Assembly (NCBI RefSeq): GCF_009914755.1
Contig: NC_060931.1
Origin: the human T2T-CHM13v2.0 reference genome, Homo sapiens
Reading direction: 5' to 3' (one strand)
Length of the DNA: 64,000 nt
In this document: in pieces, positions 1 to 12,060 of the stretch
Layout of the letters: each line of letters opens with the position of its first letter
Numbering within the stretch: position 1 is the stretch's first letter
Position numbers and translations under genes: made by a program
Notes under the pieces: model-generated
What the model saw: the letters and a program-made list of their open reading frames with translations, nothing else
What the model was told of the DNA's origin: nothing
Database searches by the model: none

Positions 1-3000
1 GGGGGATGATGGCTGGTGTATTTGTATTTCCCTGCTCAGCTTATCAGTTGGATATCGGCAAGTAAGATTTAGAAGCAGAAACATAAAATATTGAACAAAA
101 ACTAAAACACTTATAAAAAGGATTCGCTGTGTGGTGTGAAGCTTTGTGCAGTAATTGACACAAGATCAGAAAGCAAACCCTAAGAAAAGCGGCACCCACA
201 CTCCCAGCGCCAGGCCAGGGATTAACGAGCCCGGCAGACAATTCCAATCTGGAGTGGGATTTGCTCTTCCGTTTACGTTCTATTGTCCGGGTCTTATTTT
301 TGCTTTCAATTCCTTTTGTAATGGAGGTAGCAGTTGTTATTGACAATTAATAGGGGCTTCAAAGGCAGTCATGTTTGGAAGGGGCAGCGGCTTCCCTAAG
401 ACCCCTCAGCTGCTGCTCAGGTGCAGCTGCTCTGTATGCCAAGCACGGCCCATGCCGGGCCCCGTCGAGGCAGCACAGATATCGATTTAGATGGAAACCG
501 GGGTCGGCGCGGAGGGAAGGAGCTCGGTGAGCTTCGCATGCCAATGTATTATTTAGGCTTTGTGGTTTCATCCGGAGTAAGTGCCTATTTAGGAAAAATT
601 ACAGAATCAGTATCTCTGCTACTGATATATTTTCCCTAACAGTAATTCACAGGTAAAATACCAGGGATGATGGAAGGTATTTGTGCAAAAATTCAGGAGG
701 AGATGGTCTGATCTGGTGGGCTGGGCTCGCTGGGGGGGACCATAATAACGCAAAGCAAACAACATCCATGTGGGAAGGTCCACTGGCCGAGGACGGGCAC
801 CAAGGCTGCCCTCAGATGCCAGCCGGACAGCATGGCGTGGATTTTGGCGAAGCTGAGTGATGCATGCTATATGCACCCTTATTGATCGAAATTATTCTTT
901 TTACTCAAATATTTACAATGTAAGATAATTCCTTGTGTTCATAGTTCTTACATAATCATACACTAAAACAACTTTTACCAATTAAAGACAAAACCGAGAC
1001 CCTCTTCCACGTGAGACGGTACAGGAGGGAGCTGCAGTGGGCCTGGCTGTGGGGAGCACCCTGGCCACTGTTTCAAAGCTGCCCCCTGAGCCCCACAGAG
1101 GTGCCCTCACCCCACAAAGCACTTCCACTCAGACGTACAGGACACCGGGAGGAAGGCAGAGTGCCCTCCACGTATACCGTGACAGGTCAGGTGCAAGGAG
1201 GCCCCATCAAGAGGCCTGACCACACGGCCCTGTCCTCTGCAGGGCTGCGTGAACACAGGACACACAGCAGTGATGGTCCAGCAGCCACTCGGCTCTGGGC
1301 ACTGTGTCAGTTGGCACTGCCCTAGGTATGCTGGTGACAAACGGTTCAAATGACCCCACCATCGTGACACTCGACCCTTTTGGCCCAGGAACTGCCATTC
1401 ACGGGCACAGCACACCTGCTCCTCCCATACCGAACCTCCATCATCTCCGCTGACCAGGCAGGTCCGGGGTCCTAGAACCAACAGGGCTCACCCACCCCAG
1501 CCCCAGGCAGAGCCGGCCCCTGTGGAAAGTGCCCAGCCACAGCCAGGACTTTACCCACATGCCTAGGCCGGGCCCTGGTCATCCTTCCACAGACACGTGA
1601 AAGGTAAATGTAAGTGGCAGGAAGTCAAATGGAACTGAAAGCCACCTCGTCTCCTGGCTTCCACTCAGAAGTGGTGGAGGAAATACTCTCAAATGAAATC
1701 ATGTGATCCTGTTTAAATAAATGGAAAATTAAAAGGCAGGGCACTGGCTGACCCTTGATGCCAGGAGGGGCAGATGTGGATTGACGTGGCTCTCGGCCCC
1801 CATGGGCTGGTATTGGGCCTCCTTGGGAGCAGCCTGAGAGTGCTCATTCTTGGCCAAATCGTGAGTTCCAGAGGGAAAGAGATGGGACCAAAAACCTTAG
1901 GGAGAACCTTGGGGCCAGCTGCAGTGGGAACACGTGGGCACCCTCCACAATCCTCTATCCTGACACGATGCTCCTTTTGTGTCTCCACTGTGTTTTTCAC
2001 TCCCATATTTTCACAGTTGTGATTCAACCTCAATGCTTCTGGAACCCACAAGCCACCCAGCCTCACTTTCTAAAAATATGATTGAGAAAGCAAGACAGAG
2101 TTTGGGACGGAGGTTTCTCCAGCGGAGCAGAGCCCTGGCATCCTGTGGAACATATTGTGAGTGTTCACAGCCGAGAAAGTAAGATGACTGGGATGTCATT
2201 TTCAAAGAGGAAATGGGCCCCACCCCAACAGGGCCACCGAGGGAGAATCGCAGGAGGCAGCTCCCCCAAAACTGGGAGAAGGTCAGGCCTGGGTTCCCCC
2301 ATACCGTCATGGTCTTGAGTCAGAAACCAGAGATTTGTAAACAGCATCAAAAGCCTTCACTTCCTTCTGCAGCCTTAAAGTTTGAACTTTACTTACATTT
2401 TAGACATGAAAAGTACACCAAGAAAGCCACCATGGTGAGTTTTAGGCAGAGACCCTCTTGTGAATAATTCGTCTATGATCCAAGATGGCCAGACAAGAAT
2501 CAGGGCCCAAGCTTTTTCTCCCCAGTGTCACATCCACGCTGCTGTCTCCTCTCCAGCTCAGACCAAAATTCTCTGGACATTTTCATGGCTGAAAACCCCA
2601 CCAGAACGCTGGCCCTGACAGGACCCTCTCCTCAAGTCCTGAGGACCCGGCTGCGGCCAGCCAGAATGTAAACTACAGCTCGCAGAAGCAGCAGGCATGG
2701 AGGAAGAGGCAGGAGAGCAAGAGCAGAAGCTCGAAACCTTCAAAGGGAGCTTGAAGAACAAGGCCAGGAGAAGCAGCGGCCAGGCCCCACCGGTTTCCTC
2801 CTTTCCCTCCTGAATCTAGGACAGAGGCCATTTCAGACGAGAGAGGAAAGAACAACAAAATGAACTGCAGGAGAAGCAGCCGGAGCCTGCAAGGCCCAGC
2901 CAGAGACGGCAGAGGAGAGAACCGCAAGCCAGGAGCAAGGAGGAGACAGGTGGACTCCACTAACCAACCGACGCAGCCCAGCGGAGACAGGCGGACTCCA

Positions 3001-3510
3001 CTGACCAACCGACGCCACCTGGAGAAAGTAAATATTTAACTGTCAGAAGGAAAACACTGTTTGAACAGTAGTGGCCTTAGGAAGAAGGCCCTAATTTTTT
3101 TGAACACTGACCGGGGGCCATTCTTTACCCAGAGCTACTATGTCCCGCGCAAGGCAACACTGGCTGAAGCCCAGGAGGGCGGGGCAGCTGCAGACCCTCA
3201 GGAGCCTCTGCTGGCTCAGGGAGCGTGGGGAGAGTCCAGCGTGCACCAGAAGGAGGGAGGCCACCTCTCCTTGCGGCATTAGGAGACCAGGGTCTCTGAA
3301 AGGGCGGGGACCACGGCCAGGCCAGAACCACCACATCACCAGGCTGAAGGCTGGTTAACCTGGTGGAATCAGCTGTCTTCATGTTCAAACCAGCACATGG
3401 GGCTATTTTGCTCCAGTCACCTGGTGTGACATGAGCCACTGAGACTCGAACACCCCTGCTCTGGAGCAAAGAAGAACCCACACCTCTGTCCTGCCTGGCA
3501 GCCTCCCCAC

Positions 3511-3678
3511 CACTCGCCGTGGGCACGGGGTCCGTATCCACTCGCCGGGGGCACGGGGTCCGTATCCACTCGCCGGGGGCACGGGGTCCGTATCCTCTCG
3601 CCGGGGGCACGGGGTCCGTATCCTCTCGCCAGGGGCACGGGGTCCGTATCCACTTGCTAGGGCATGGGGTTCATATCC
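3511..3678. repeat. 28-bp CpG-rich minisatellite, 6 copies
   Basis: Unit CACTCGCCGGGGGCACGGGGTCCGTATC at 3511, 3539, 3567, 3595, 3623; degenerate sixth copy at 3651. Confidence 0.95.
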
Positions 3679-3932
3679 TGTCCTCTGTCTCCTCTAAGTG
3701 TCCCTTAAACTTAAGGCCAATCCTATGATTTCCCTCTAAAAGCATTCTTCCGAATTCTACCCCAAAGAAACCAGTGACATTTCTCAACATCAGGCTTCCT
3801 AATCTCTGCAGGCCGCCTGAAGAAAAAGAAGAGATATGTGTATGGCCATGCCATTTGGAAATAGAAGAAAAGCCTTTAACCGCCTTCTACCTTCAGCTGT
3901 TTTTGCCAAGCAGAGAAGGTCCAGAAAGCACC

Positions 3933-4275
3933 TTCAAAGGGGCTGGGAGCTCTGGCCCTGCCCATCCACACAGCAAATACAGCAAGCAGAAATAACACGT
4001 TCACAGGGGCTGGAGGCTCCTGTCCTGCCCATCCACACAGCAAACACAGTAACCAGAAATAACACGTTCACAGGGGCTGGGAGCTCCGGCCCTGCCCATC
4101 CACATGGCAAACACAGCAACCAGAAATAACACGTTCACAGGGGCTGGAGGCTCCTGTCCTGCCCATCCACACAGCAAACACAGCAACCAGAAATAACATG
4201 TTCACAGGGGCTGGAGGCTCCTGTCCTGCCCATCCACACAGCAAACATAGCAACCAGAAATAACACGTTCACAGG
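3933..4275. repeat. 67-bp minisatellite, 5 copies
   Basis: TTCACAGGGGCTGG...CCCATCCACACAGCAAACACAGCAACCAGAAATAACACG recurs at 3933, 4000, 4067, 4134, 4201; two unit variants in the order ABABB. Confidence 0.95.
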
Positions 4276-4745
4276 CTTCTCCTCCCCACTCCCAACTCAG
4301 CTGCAAAACAGCTGATAAAATGAGGATGGGCTCTATGTAAGTAAACAGTACTCGATCTACCAGTTTACGACATCATCAAAGACATGTAGAGAGAAAATAC
4401 ATACACAGGTAATAATAACAATGATAATTCTAATACTATTTTGTTAGATTAGAAGCATTTTTCCTGGACAGAAGCAACATCACCTGGGGTCCCAGTGGAA
4501 AGCACGGGCCAGGCGTGCTCCCTGTGACCAGGTCAGAGTGCAGAGCCCGCCTGGTGACCTCATTTCCTTAGGGCAATTGTACCTTCTGTCTGGAGCCAGG
4601 TCCCTCTTAAAGGTAGAAGACTGCAGAAAATAATTCACCAGAAGCAGGCATGGTGCATCCCCAGGACGGATCCTTCACCGCACCCGAGAACCCGCAGGAT
4701 GAGGCAGCTCTGCGCAAGCACCTGACCCCCTGCAGAGCTGAGATG

Positions 4746-4823
4746 GCTGCTCGGGGACTATGTCCCCCAGCAAAGCACAGAGCTGAGCCAGCTGCTTGGG
4801 GACTATGTCCCCCAGGAAAGCAC
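4746..4823. repeat. 45-bp two-copy tandem duplication overlapping the MLT1 5' end
   Basis: GCTGCT(C/T)GGGGACTATGTCCCCCAG(C/G)AAAGCAC at 4746 and 4791. Confidence 0.85.
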
Positions 4824-5245
4824 GTCTGAGTCTTGGCTCCAGCTCCTGTGTATGGGATGTGATTTGGAAATGGTCTCCGAAGAGGGAAGCCAGTTAAAGA
4901 TGAGGCCATCAGAGTGGCTCCTAATCCAGGGACTGGTGTCCCTAAGAAGGAGACACTGGACAGAGACAGAAGTGCCCAGTGGGAAGGCGAGGCCAGAATT
5001 CCCGAGAACACCTGGTGACCCAGCAGAGGTGGGAGGGAGGCCCCTGTAAGCCGAGGAATGGCAGGGGTGTCAGGGCCACCAGAGGCTGGAGGAGGCAGGA
5101 AGGACCCTCTCTGGAGCCTTCAGAGATGCACGGCCCCGCTAAGACCTTGATCTCAGACCCTGGGGGGTGCAGGGCCTGGAGAGCTTTGCACTGTTCTAAG
5201 CCTGCCAGTGTGCGGGGCTCCGTTGCCAAAGCCTTGGGCACTGCA
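4790..5245 (+). mobile_element. MaLR LTR, MLT1 family (MLT1B/C/D-like)
   Basis: MLT1 hallmarks: TGTCCCCC...ATTTGGAAATGG...GTTAAAGATGAGG...CCTAATCCAG...AAGCCGAGGAATG...CCACCAGAGGCTGGAGGAGGCAGGAAGGA...ACCTTGATCTCAGAC...TGTTCTAAGCC. Ends are approximate. Confidence 0.8.
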
Positions 5246-7733
5246 CGCGCCATCTCAGACCCTCTGGCCCCACACAGCCAGAGCTCAGCGATGAGCCAGG
5301 CCCACAGCTCTTCCTCAGGGCCCTCGTTTTCTCTCTCTGCAAGCCTTCTCCTTTCTAAACTGTTGTTGCTAAGTCAGAAAGAGAAGAGAAGGCATCACGT
5401 TGAATAATATCCTCGAGTGATAAATCTGCAGTATCTGCTGAAGGTCCACAGATAATGTGTTTAATTTGACAAACCAGGGACAAGAATGATGAATAAAACA
5501 CCACTTGCTGATAAACTGGACCACTGTGGCCTTTAATATTTTCCCAGTCTTCCTGGGTTTTCTAAAATGTAAAAACAGAGCTGAATGTCTGTTCTGGAAG
5601 ACTGTGTGATCTGACAGACGACCTCGATCTCACCGTGATGGAGACATCAATGGTGAGGTCATGACTTTTGCACCTTCCTGAATTTTTTCCTGCATCCCTG
5701 TACTCACTCATTTCCAGTATCTGACATTTGGGGTCTATTTGGTTTTGAAGGAAAGACAGGTCTCACCAGAGGGTGGAGCAACAAATAATAAAGCCACAGA
5801 AATGCTCTTAATTGTCATAAAATATTCATTTATAACCAATATGTTTGTGCCAAATTCCGTCACTCTGTGAGAATACAGTGTACCCAAGTGAGAGATTTAG
5901 AAAGCCCTTTAAGCTGCTTTTTACTTGTTAAATGAAAAAATATAATCATTAGGCATATTCAGGAATTGGGAAATTAATGCTTATTAGACTTCAGGAAAAA
6001 AAGAAAAAGATAAATGGAGGGCAAGCAGAGGATATTCTCCAGGAAGACAGCCTCAGCCACACTTTCCAGAAGGCATCGTAATCTTCAGTGGATGTTATAC
6101 TCATTTATATTTTAAAAAAAGAAGAAAGGTTAAGAGCTGGTAAATAAAGTGACAGATAAAGTCAGAAAAACAATTTAAATCATCGAGTAAAAAAGGTGGG
6201 CGGAAGTCAGACGCGGGGGCTGTTTACAGCAGCCTCAGGAAGATGCATTAATTACAGTCGCTGCAAAACTACAAAGACGGTGCTGCTCTGCAGCCGGCGC
6301 TCCGGGGGCCCGCGAGCCTCTGAAGTCTCTGGGTCTCCTTTGTTTCTTCTTCATGGTGCAGAAGGACATGGTGAGCAGCCCAGCTCTCACTTTCAAGGGA
6401 CCTTTGGCTGTTTTCTCCAGCACTGCTGAGAAAGAAGAGCGGCCATTCTGGGGGCTGCTCAGGCCCCGGCATTCCAGCTGCTGTGTGGAGTCTTCGGCTT
6501 CCCTTTCGGAAACCTGCCCCCACGCCTGGCCCTGGCTAAGCAAAAAGCCAAATGGCATTGCACTCACATCCAATTAACTTCCCATTTTCAGCAATTATTG
6601 CTTCGCCGGGAGCAGCAAGATGCCCTCTGTGGGGAAGCAAGGGCCCAGGAAGGGGTGGCTGATGCTCTGATGAAGGCCCCTCCTCTGACCTCTAGGCCAC
6701 GTTAGAGACAGCACAGCCCCTGGCCCTCTCCTGCCCCTCCTTCCCCGGCTTTGAAAGCAGAGGTGCTGCATTTGGGGCAAGTTCTGGTCAGTTCTCATGG
6801 TGGAGGAGAATTAAAGTTCAGAGGAGGGCAAAGGCAAACAAAATGACAGGAGGAAGGCCGGATGCAGTGAGTGGCTCCTCCGCCTGAGAGACAGATGCCA
6901 AGAGACCCAAGGCAGGTGAAAAAGCGCCTCTGATGCACAGAGACGTTCCGTATGCAATAGACTCGGGCTGGACACCGAGAATCTCAACTGGGTCAATTCA
7001 GAGCAAAGGACGCATTGTGCAGTGAGCAGTGAATTCATACAACGCTAAATGCAGAGATTCTAAAATGGCTTAGACCTAAAATCACAGAGCACCAGGCATT
7101 TGGCTCCACTGACCACTCAGAGGGACACATGCAGGGCAGATGGGGCTTAATGACATGAGCAGAGTAAACCCAGGACCACAACGGCCCCATGTCCAGCACC
7201 GTGTGGAGGACGGTACATCTTCCATGCCTCCAGGTTTTCAGGAGAGGAGCTCTGCTGCACCACGCTGGGAGAGATGAATAGGCTAAGCTTATTGTCAAAA
7301 GGCATTACTGCAGAGGAAGGGAAAGTCTCATTATCAGAAACCTCAATGAGTTGTTTCTTCAGATGTGCTTACCCAGTAATTTTTTTTTTCTGTAAGTCGC
7401 TCACTGATGCAATCAGCCAACTTCTGTCTCCCAGGTGCTGTGCTCAGAGAAATAAGAATTTGCTCTGGAGTCAGAATGGTTTAGGGCTAGAGGCATGAAT
7501 CTGAAGGATGTCAGCCTAAGCGGCAGTGGCCACCAAGCCTGACAGAGCCATTGGGGGCCACGAATAAAGCCTTGGTGCCTGGTGGTGGCCACCAAGCCTG
7601 ATGGAGCCATCAGGGCCACACATGGAGCTGTGGTGATCTTCTTGACTACCTGGGCAGTGGAGGAGGATGTGGGACGAGAGAATGAGGAAGAAACGAGTCG
7701 GTGATTAGCTGGAATGATAAGTCGTTTTAGCCA

Positions 7734-8110
7734 TGTTGTGTGATAAGGAGTTTGGCTAGCCTTGGTCCTGTTCCTGGAAGCAGCCTGAGTCCTTGCAGCC
7801 TCCTGAGTCACGGGAGTGAGGTCATTTGTGGTGGGCCCCTCGGACCACACCTGATTGTTTATGCAAATGAGGTGACAGGACGGGGGCTGTCCACACCAAA
7901 AAGACCAACAATGTGATGGGTGAGTGGGGGCTCTGAGCCGTGGGATATAGTCTGATCTCAGGAGAGGGGAGGGCTGGTGGGTGGGTTAAAGCTTGTGGCC
8001 AATGGTTCAATCCCTCACACCAATGTAATGAAACCTTGATAGAAGCTCTGCATGCTGAGGCCCAGGTGAGCATCCCTGGTCAGCAATGCTGTGTGTGGCT
8101 GGCTGCACAC
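7734..8110 (+). mobile_element. MER21-family LTR fragment
   Basis: GGTGGGCCCCTCGGACCACACCTGA, TTTATGCAAATGAGGTGAC, AAAGACCAACAATGTGAT, GTGGCCAATGGTTCAATC and GTAATGAAACC match the recalled MER21 consensus; the element probably resumes briefly after 9043. Confidence 0.75.
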
Positions 8111-8684
8111 TGAGACCTCGATAGAAACTCTGCACTCTGAGACCCGGGTGCACATCCCTGGTCAGCAATGCTGTGTGTGTGGCTGACTGCACGCTGAGAC
8201 CTCGATAGAAACTGCACACTGAGGCCCGGGTGAGCATCCCTAGTCAGCAATGCTCTGTGTGGCTGCACACTGAGACCCCATTAAAAACTCTGCATGCTGA
8301 GGCCCAGGTGAGCATCCCTGCCCAGCAATGCTGTGTGTGTGGCTGGCTGCACACTGAGACCTCAATAGAAACTCTGCACTCTGAGACCTGGGCGAGCGTC
8401 CCTGGTCAGCAATGCTCTGTGTGGCTGCACACTGAGACCCCATTAAAAACTCTGCATGCTGAGGCCCAGGTGAGCATCCCTGCCCAGCAATGCTCTGCGT
8501 GTGGCTGGCTGCACACTGAGACCTCAATAGAAACTCTGCACTCTGAGGCCTGGGTGAGCGTCCCTGGTCAGCAATGCTCTGCGTGTGGCTGGCTGCACAC
8601 TGAGACCTCAATAGAAACTCTGCATGCTGAGGCCCGGGCAAGCATCCCTGGTCAGCAATGCTCTGTGTGTGGCTGGCTGCACAG
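8029..8684. repeat. 76-84-bp minisatellite, 8 copies, derived from MER21 LTR sequence
   Basis: Units start at 8029, 8111, 8195, 8271, 8355, 8433, 8517, 8601: TGAGACCTCAATAGAAACTCTGCA...GGTCAGCAATGCT...GGCTGCACAC. Confidence 0.95.
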
Positions 8685-9043
8685 TGATGTGGTTTGGCTG
8701 TGTCCCCACTCAAATCTCTTCTTGAATTGTAACTGCCACAATTCCCATGTGTCATGGGAAGACCCCAGTGGGAGGTACCTGAATCATGGGGGCAGGTCTT
8801 TCCCATGCTGTTCGTGTGATAGTGAATAGGTCTCACAAGATCTGGTGGTTTTATAAGGGGGAGTTTCCCTGCACTTTGCCTGCTGCCATCCATGTAAGAC
8901 GGGACTTGCTCCTCCTTGCCTTCCACCATGATTGTGAGGCCTCCCCAGCCACATGGAACTGTAAGTCCATTAAACCTCTTTATTTTGTAAACTGCCCAGT
9001 CTCAGATATGTCTTTATCAGCAGTGTGAAAAAAAACTAACACA
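8685..9043 (+). mobile_element. THE1 (MaLR) solo LTR, THE1B/C-like
   Basis: Starts TGATGTGGTTTGGCTGTGTCCCCAC, contains GATTGTGAGGCCTCCCCAGCCACATGGAACTGT and CCATTAAACCTCTT, ends ACTAACACA; ~360 bp. Confidence 0.93.
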
Positions 9044-10249
9044 GGCTGGGAGGGGCCCATGCTAGGCCAAGATCTGGAAATCAGGGCAGGTGTGTGAGTG
9101 TCTCACCCTGAGTCCAGCACCTCAGTCCCCCAAACACAACAGGGCTGAGTCGAGTTGCATCGTAGCTGAGGCCTGGGCCACTTGGGGTGTAAGAGCTGGG
9201 AGCTGCTGACAGGGAGCAGTAGCAGAGGCTTCAGCTGCCAGAGAGTGGCCTGAATTTGGAGAAGCAGACTCTACTTTTCTGGGGTAGGCTTTGTGTGTGC
9301 ACACAGGAGCCTGCCTGTCAGCCAAAACCCTATTTGCAATGCTTCCCTGCTATCTGCCCTGAGCAAAACATTAGAAAGCTGGGATCAATTTAGTAAATTC
9401 TTCCAGGCTCACTCTCCATTTCTTTAAAACTCCAAATCAGAACATGTGGCCTGAGCTTAGGAGGAACAAAATTTGAAATTGTACTGCCCAGAAAACCCAG
9501 TGTGGATAGTCAGTGTGTTTACACGCATCGTCACGATAGTGTGTTTACACGCATCAGCATGACAATATATGCACTTTTAAATACTCTCACTTCATAGTCA
9601 ACAAGTGTCTCAAGTATAAAACTATAAGAAGAGAAGAAAGTCTAGAGATGTCCATTTCGAGCACACATTGTAAAAACAGCACAGACCCTGCTCCCAGTCT
9701 AATGCATAAATACTGTAAATAAAAAGGGACAGGCACAAATTTTGAAGCATTAGTAAACGTGAAAGGAAGGAAGGAGAAATCCCAGATGCCAGAACAGAGA
9801 AAGCACAGAGCTGGGGCAAAGAGCAGGCAAGGGAGGCAGCTGAGTGCGGCAGTGGCAGGCAGGGGGGTCTGTTAGGGCCCAGCAGGCTGGGGTTGGGGTC
9901 TGCCCACAGGAGGGCAGGGGGCAGGTGCTGGCAGCGCACCCCCAAGGACTGTGCACACCTGCCCTGCACAAAAGGAATGCCAACAACCCGTCCACAGGCA
10001 GGCGGGCAGAAGAGCCTCTCTTTCTCAGGCTCTGGATGAAAACACAAATGCCTCTCATTAGAAATAGAAGCCTGAACCTGTATCCCACATGAGTGTCAAA
10101 TCCTAATATAATAAAATACTCATATATCTAACATAACACATTGATTTGAATTGCTAATTATAAAATGTTGGAGGAACCTTTCCAACAATGAGAGTTCTTG
10201 GGACTTCCACAGGATTCTCATAAGAAAAGAAAGACATCAAAGACAAGCA

Positions 10250-11683
10250 TGTAATAAAAAATTATAAACCACGTAGAAAACAATCTGTAATGAGAAAGTG
10301 TGAGCAAAATTTAAAAGAAAACGCAAACTAGAGAATTAGCCCCATCTGACCTGGAGATAAAATGATAGCCTGAGACTTACTGGCAGAAATTAACAAACCA
10401 GAAAGCAGCAGAGAGCACAGACATGAGCAGAGTTGACTGTTTAAAAATATGAAGGAAATACAAAGATGTCTGTCAAAATTATCCAGAAAGGAAAGATGCA
10501 AAATAAATAACACTAGAAATGAATTAGGGGCGTAACAATAACATATACAGAGATATGCAAAACCACAAGAAACTGCAACGCACAACAGAAACGTAATTGG
10601 AAGACATAAGTGAAATGAATCATTTTTAGGAAAAAAAACAAAAACACAAAATGCCAGAATTGAATTGAAAGGAATGGTATCTGACTATACTTGTAACCAT
10701 TAGTTAAATCAGTATTCAAAAACCAACTCTCATAAACAGCACTAAAGCCAGGTGACTTAAACACTGTTACTAAAGCTTCAAGCAACATCTGTTTCCTCCT
10801 ATGCGGATTTTAGATTTTTCAGTCTAGGACACAATTTACTTTATGAGATGAGTATTACTTTGATACTAGCACTGAAAAACAGTAACACAATGAAAATAAG
10901 GGAATTCCATTTCTCAAAAAATAATAGCAACCAAATATAACAGAGGGAAATCAGTAAAACAAAAAGTGACCAAAAAGGTATATCCCAAAAATGCAAAACT
11001 GGTTCTACTCCATGTAATTCACTTTACTAAGAGATTAAAGGGAGAAAAAGTCCAGTAATATCTTAGAGATTCAAGAATAAGATTTGGTCCATTCAAAATT
11101 TTTTAAATTTTAAGAAACTAGGAATAAAGCATCCTTAACCCAATAAAAGTTATCTAATAAAATCCTTCAGAAATAATCATCCTTTAACAAGGTAAAATGT
11201 CAAAGACATTTTCTTAATGCTTGGGATAGATAATGAAGCCTTCCTTGACCCCTTTGATTCAACACTATTTGGAACACCCTAGATACTCAATGCAATGACA
11301 AATGTTAAGATATACAGCATTAGAAAGGAAGAAAGCTGCAGATGACATATTTGTTTACATGGACAATCTAAGAGAACTGCCAATCAAGCAATTATAACAA
11401 ATATAAGATTCCTTCAAAGATACAGGTCACAAGGTCAAAATACAAACCAATGTGCCTATATGCCAGCAACAACCAATTATATAATATCTTGAAATAGTTA
11501 GAAGTTAATTTAAAAATAATCCTGATCATGTTAAGCTACTTCAAAAAATTTTAATGAAATATTTTAAGAACTTTACATTTAAAAATACTAAAAGTTCATT
11601 GAATGGCAAAGGAATATCTCAATCAGCGAAGACACATGCCATGTAAGTACAGAAGTGGATGGGAAGACCAAATGTCGTAAATA
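10250..11683 (+). mobile_element. Ancient L1 (L1M-type) ORF2 remnant
   Basis: A-rich plus strand with decayed ORF2 motifs: AAGAAACTAGGAATA, GATTCAACACTA, GAAAGGAAGAA and GCAGATGACAT (RT ADD region, ~11338). No intact frame. Confidence 0.75.
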
Positions 11684-12058
11684 CACTCTCAGGTCTCCTA
11701 ACCATGGGGACATGTTCTGAGACATACATCGTTAGCTGATGTTGTGCCAACATCACAGAGTGCACTTACACACACCCAGCTGGCACAGCCCACTGCACAC
11801 CCACAACCTGCACGGCATATCACTGTACTGAGTGCTGTAGGCAATTGTAACCAATGGTATGTATTTGCGTATCTAACCTGCACAGCTTACTGTTACTGTT
11901 CCGAGTACTGTAGGCAACGCTAACACAATGGTATGTATTTGTGTCTGAACACATCTAATAAAAAAGGTATAGTTAAAGTATGTGATTATAATCTTAGGAG
12001 ACCACCCTCATGTATGCAGTCAGTAGTTGACTGAAACACTGTTATGTGGCAATGACTG
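11684..12058 (+). mobile_element. Tigger3a-like (TcMar-Tigger) DNA transposon remnant nested in L1
   Basis: GGGGACATGTTCTGAGA...AACATCACAGAGTGCACTTACAC...CTGTAGGCAATTGTAAC...TATAATCTTAGGAGACCACC...ATGACTG followed by TA; contains a ~70-bp internal duplication (11805/11875). Confidence 0.8.
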
Positions 12059-12060
12059 TA

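Noticed and set aside
8230-8929. 199- and 229-aa Cys/His-containing ORFs, superficially zinc-finger-like
   Set aside because: Made of 78/84-bp LTR-derived units plus THE1 sequence; no C2H2 spacing or TGEKP linkers.
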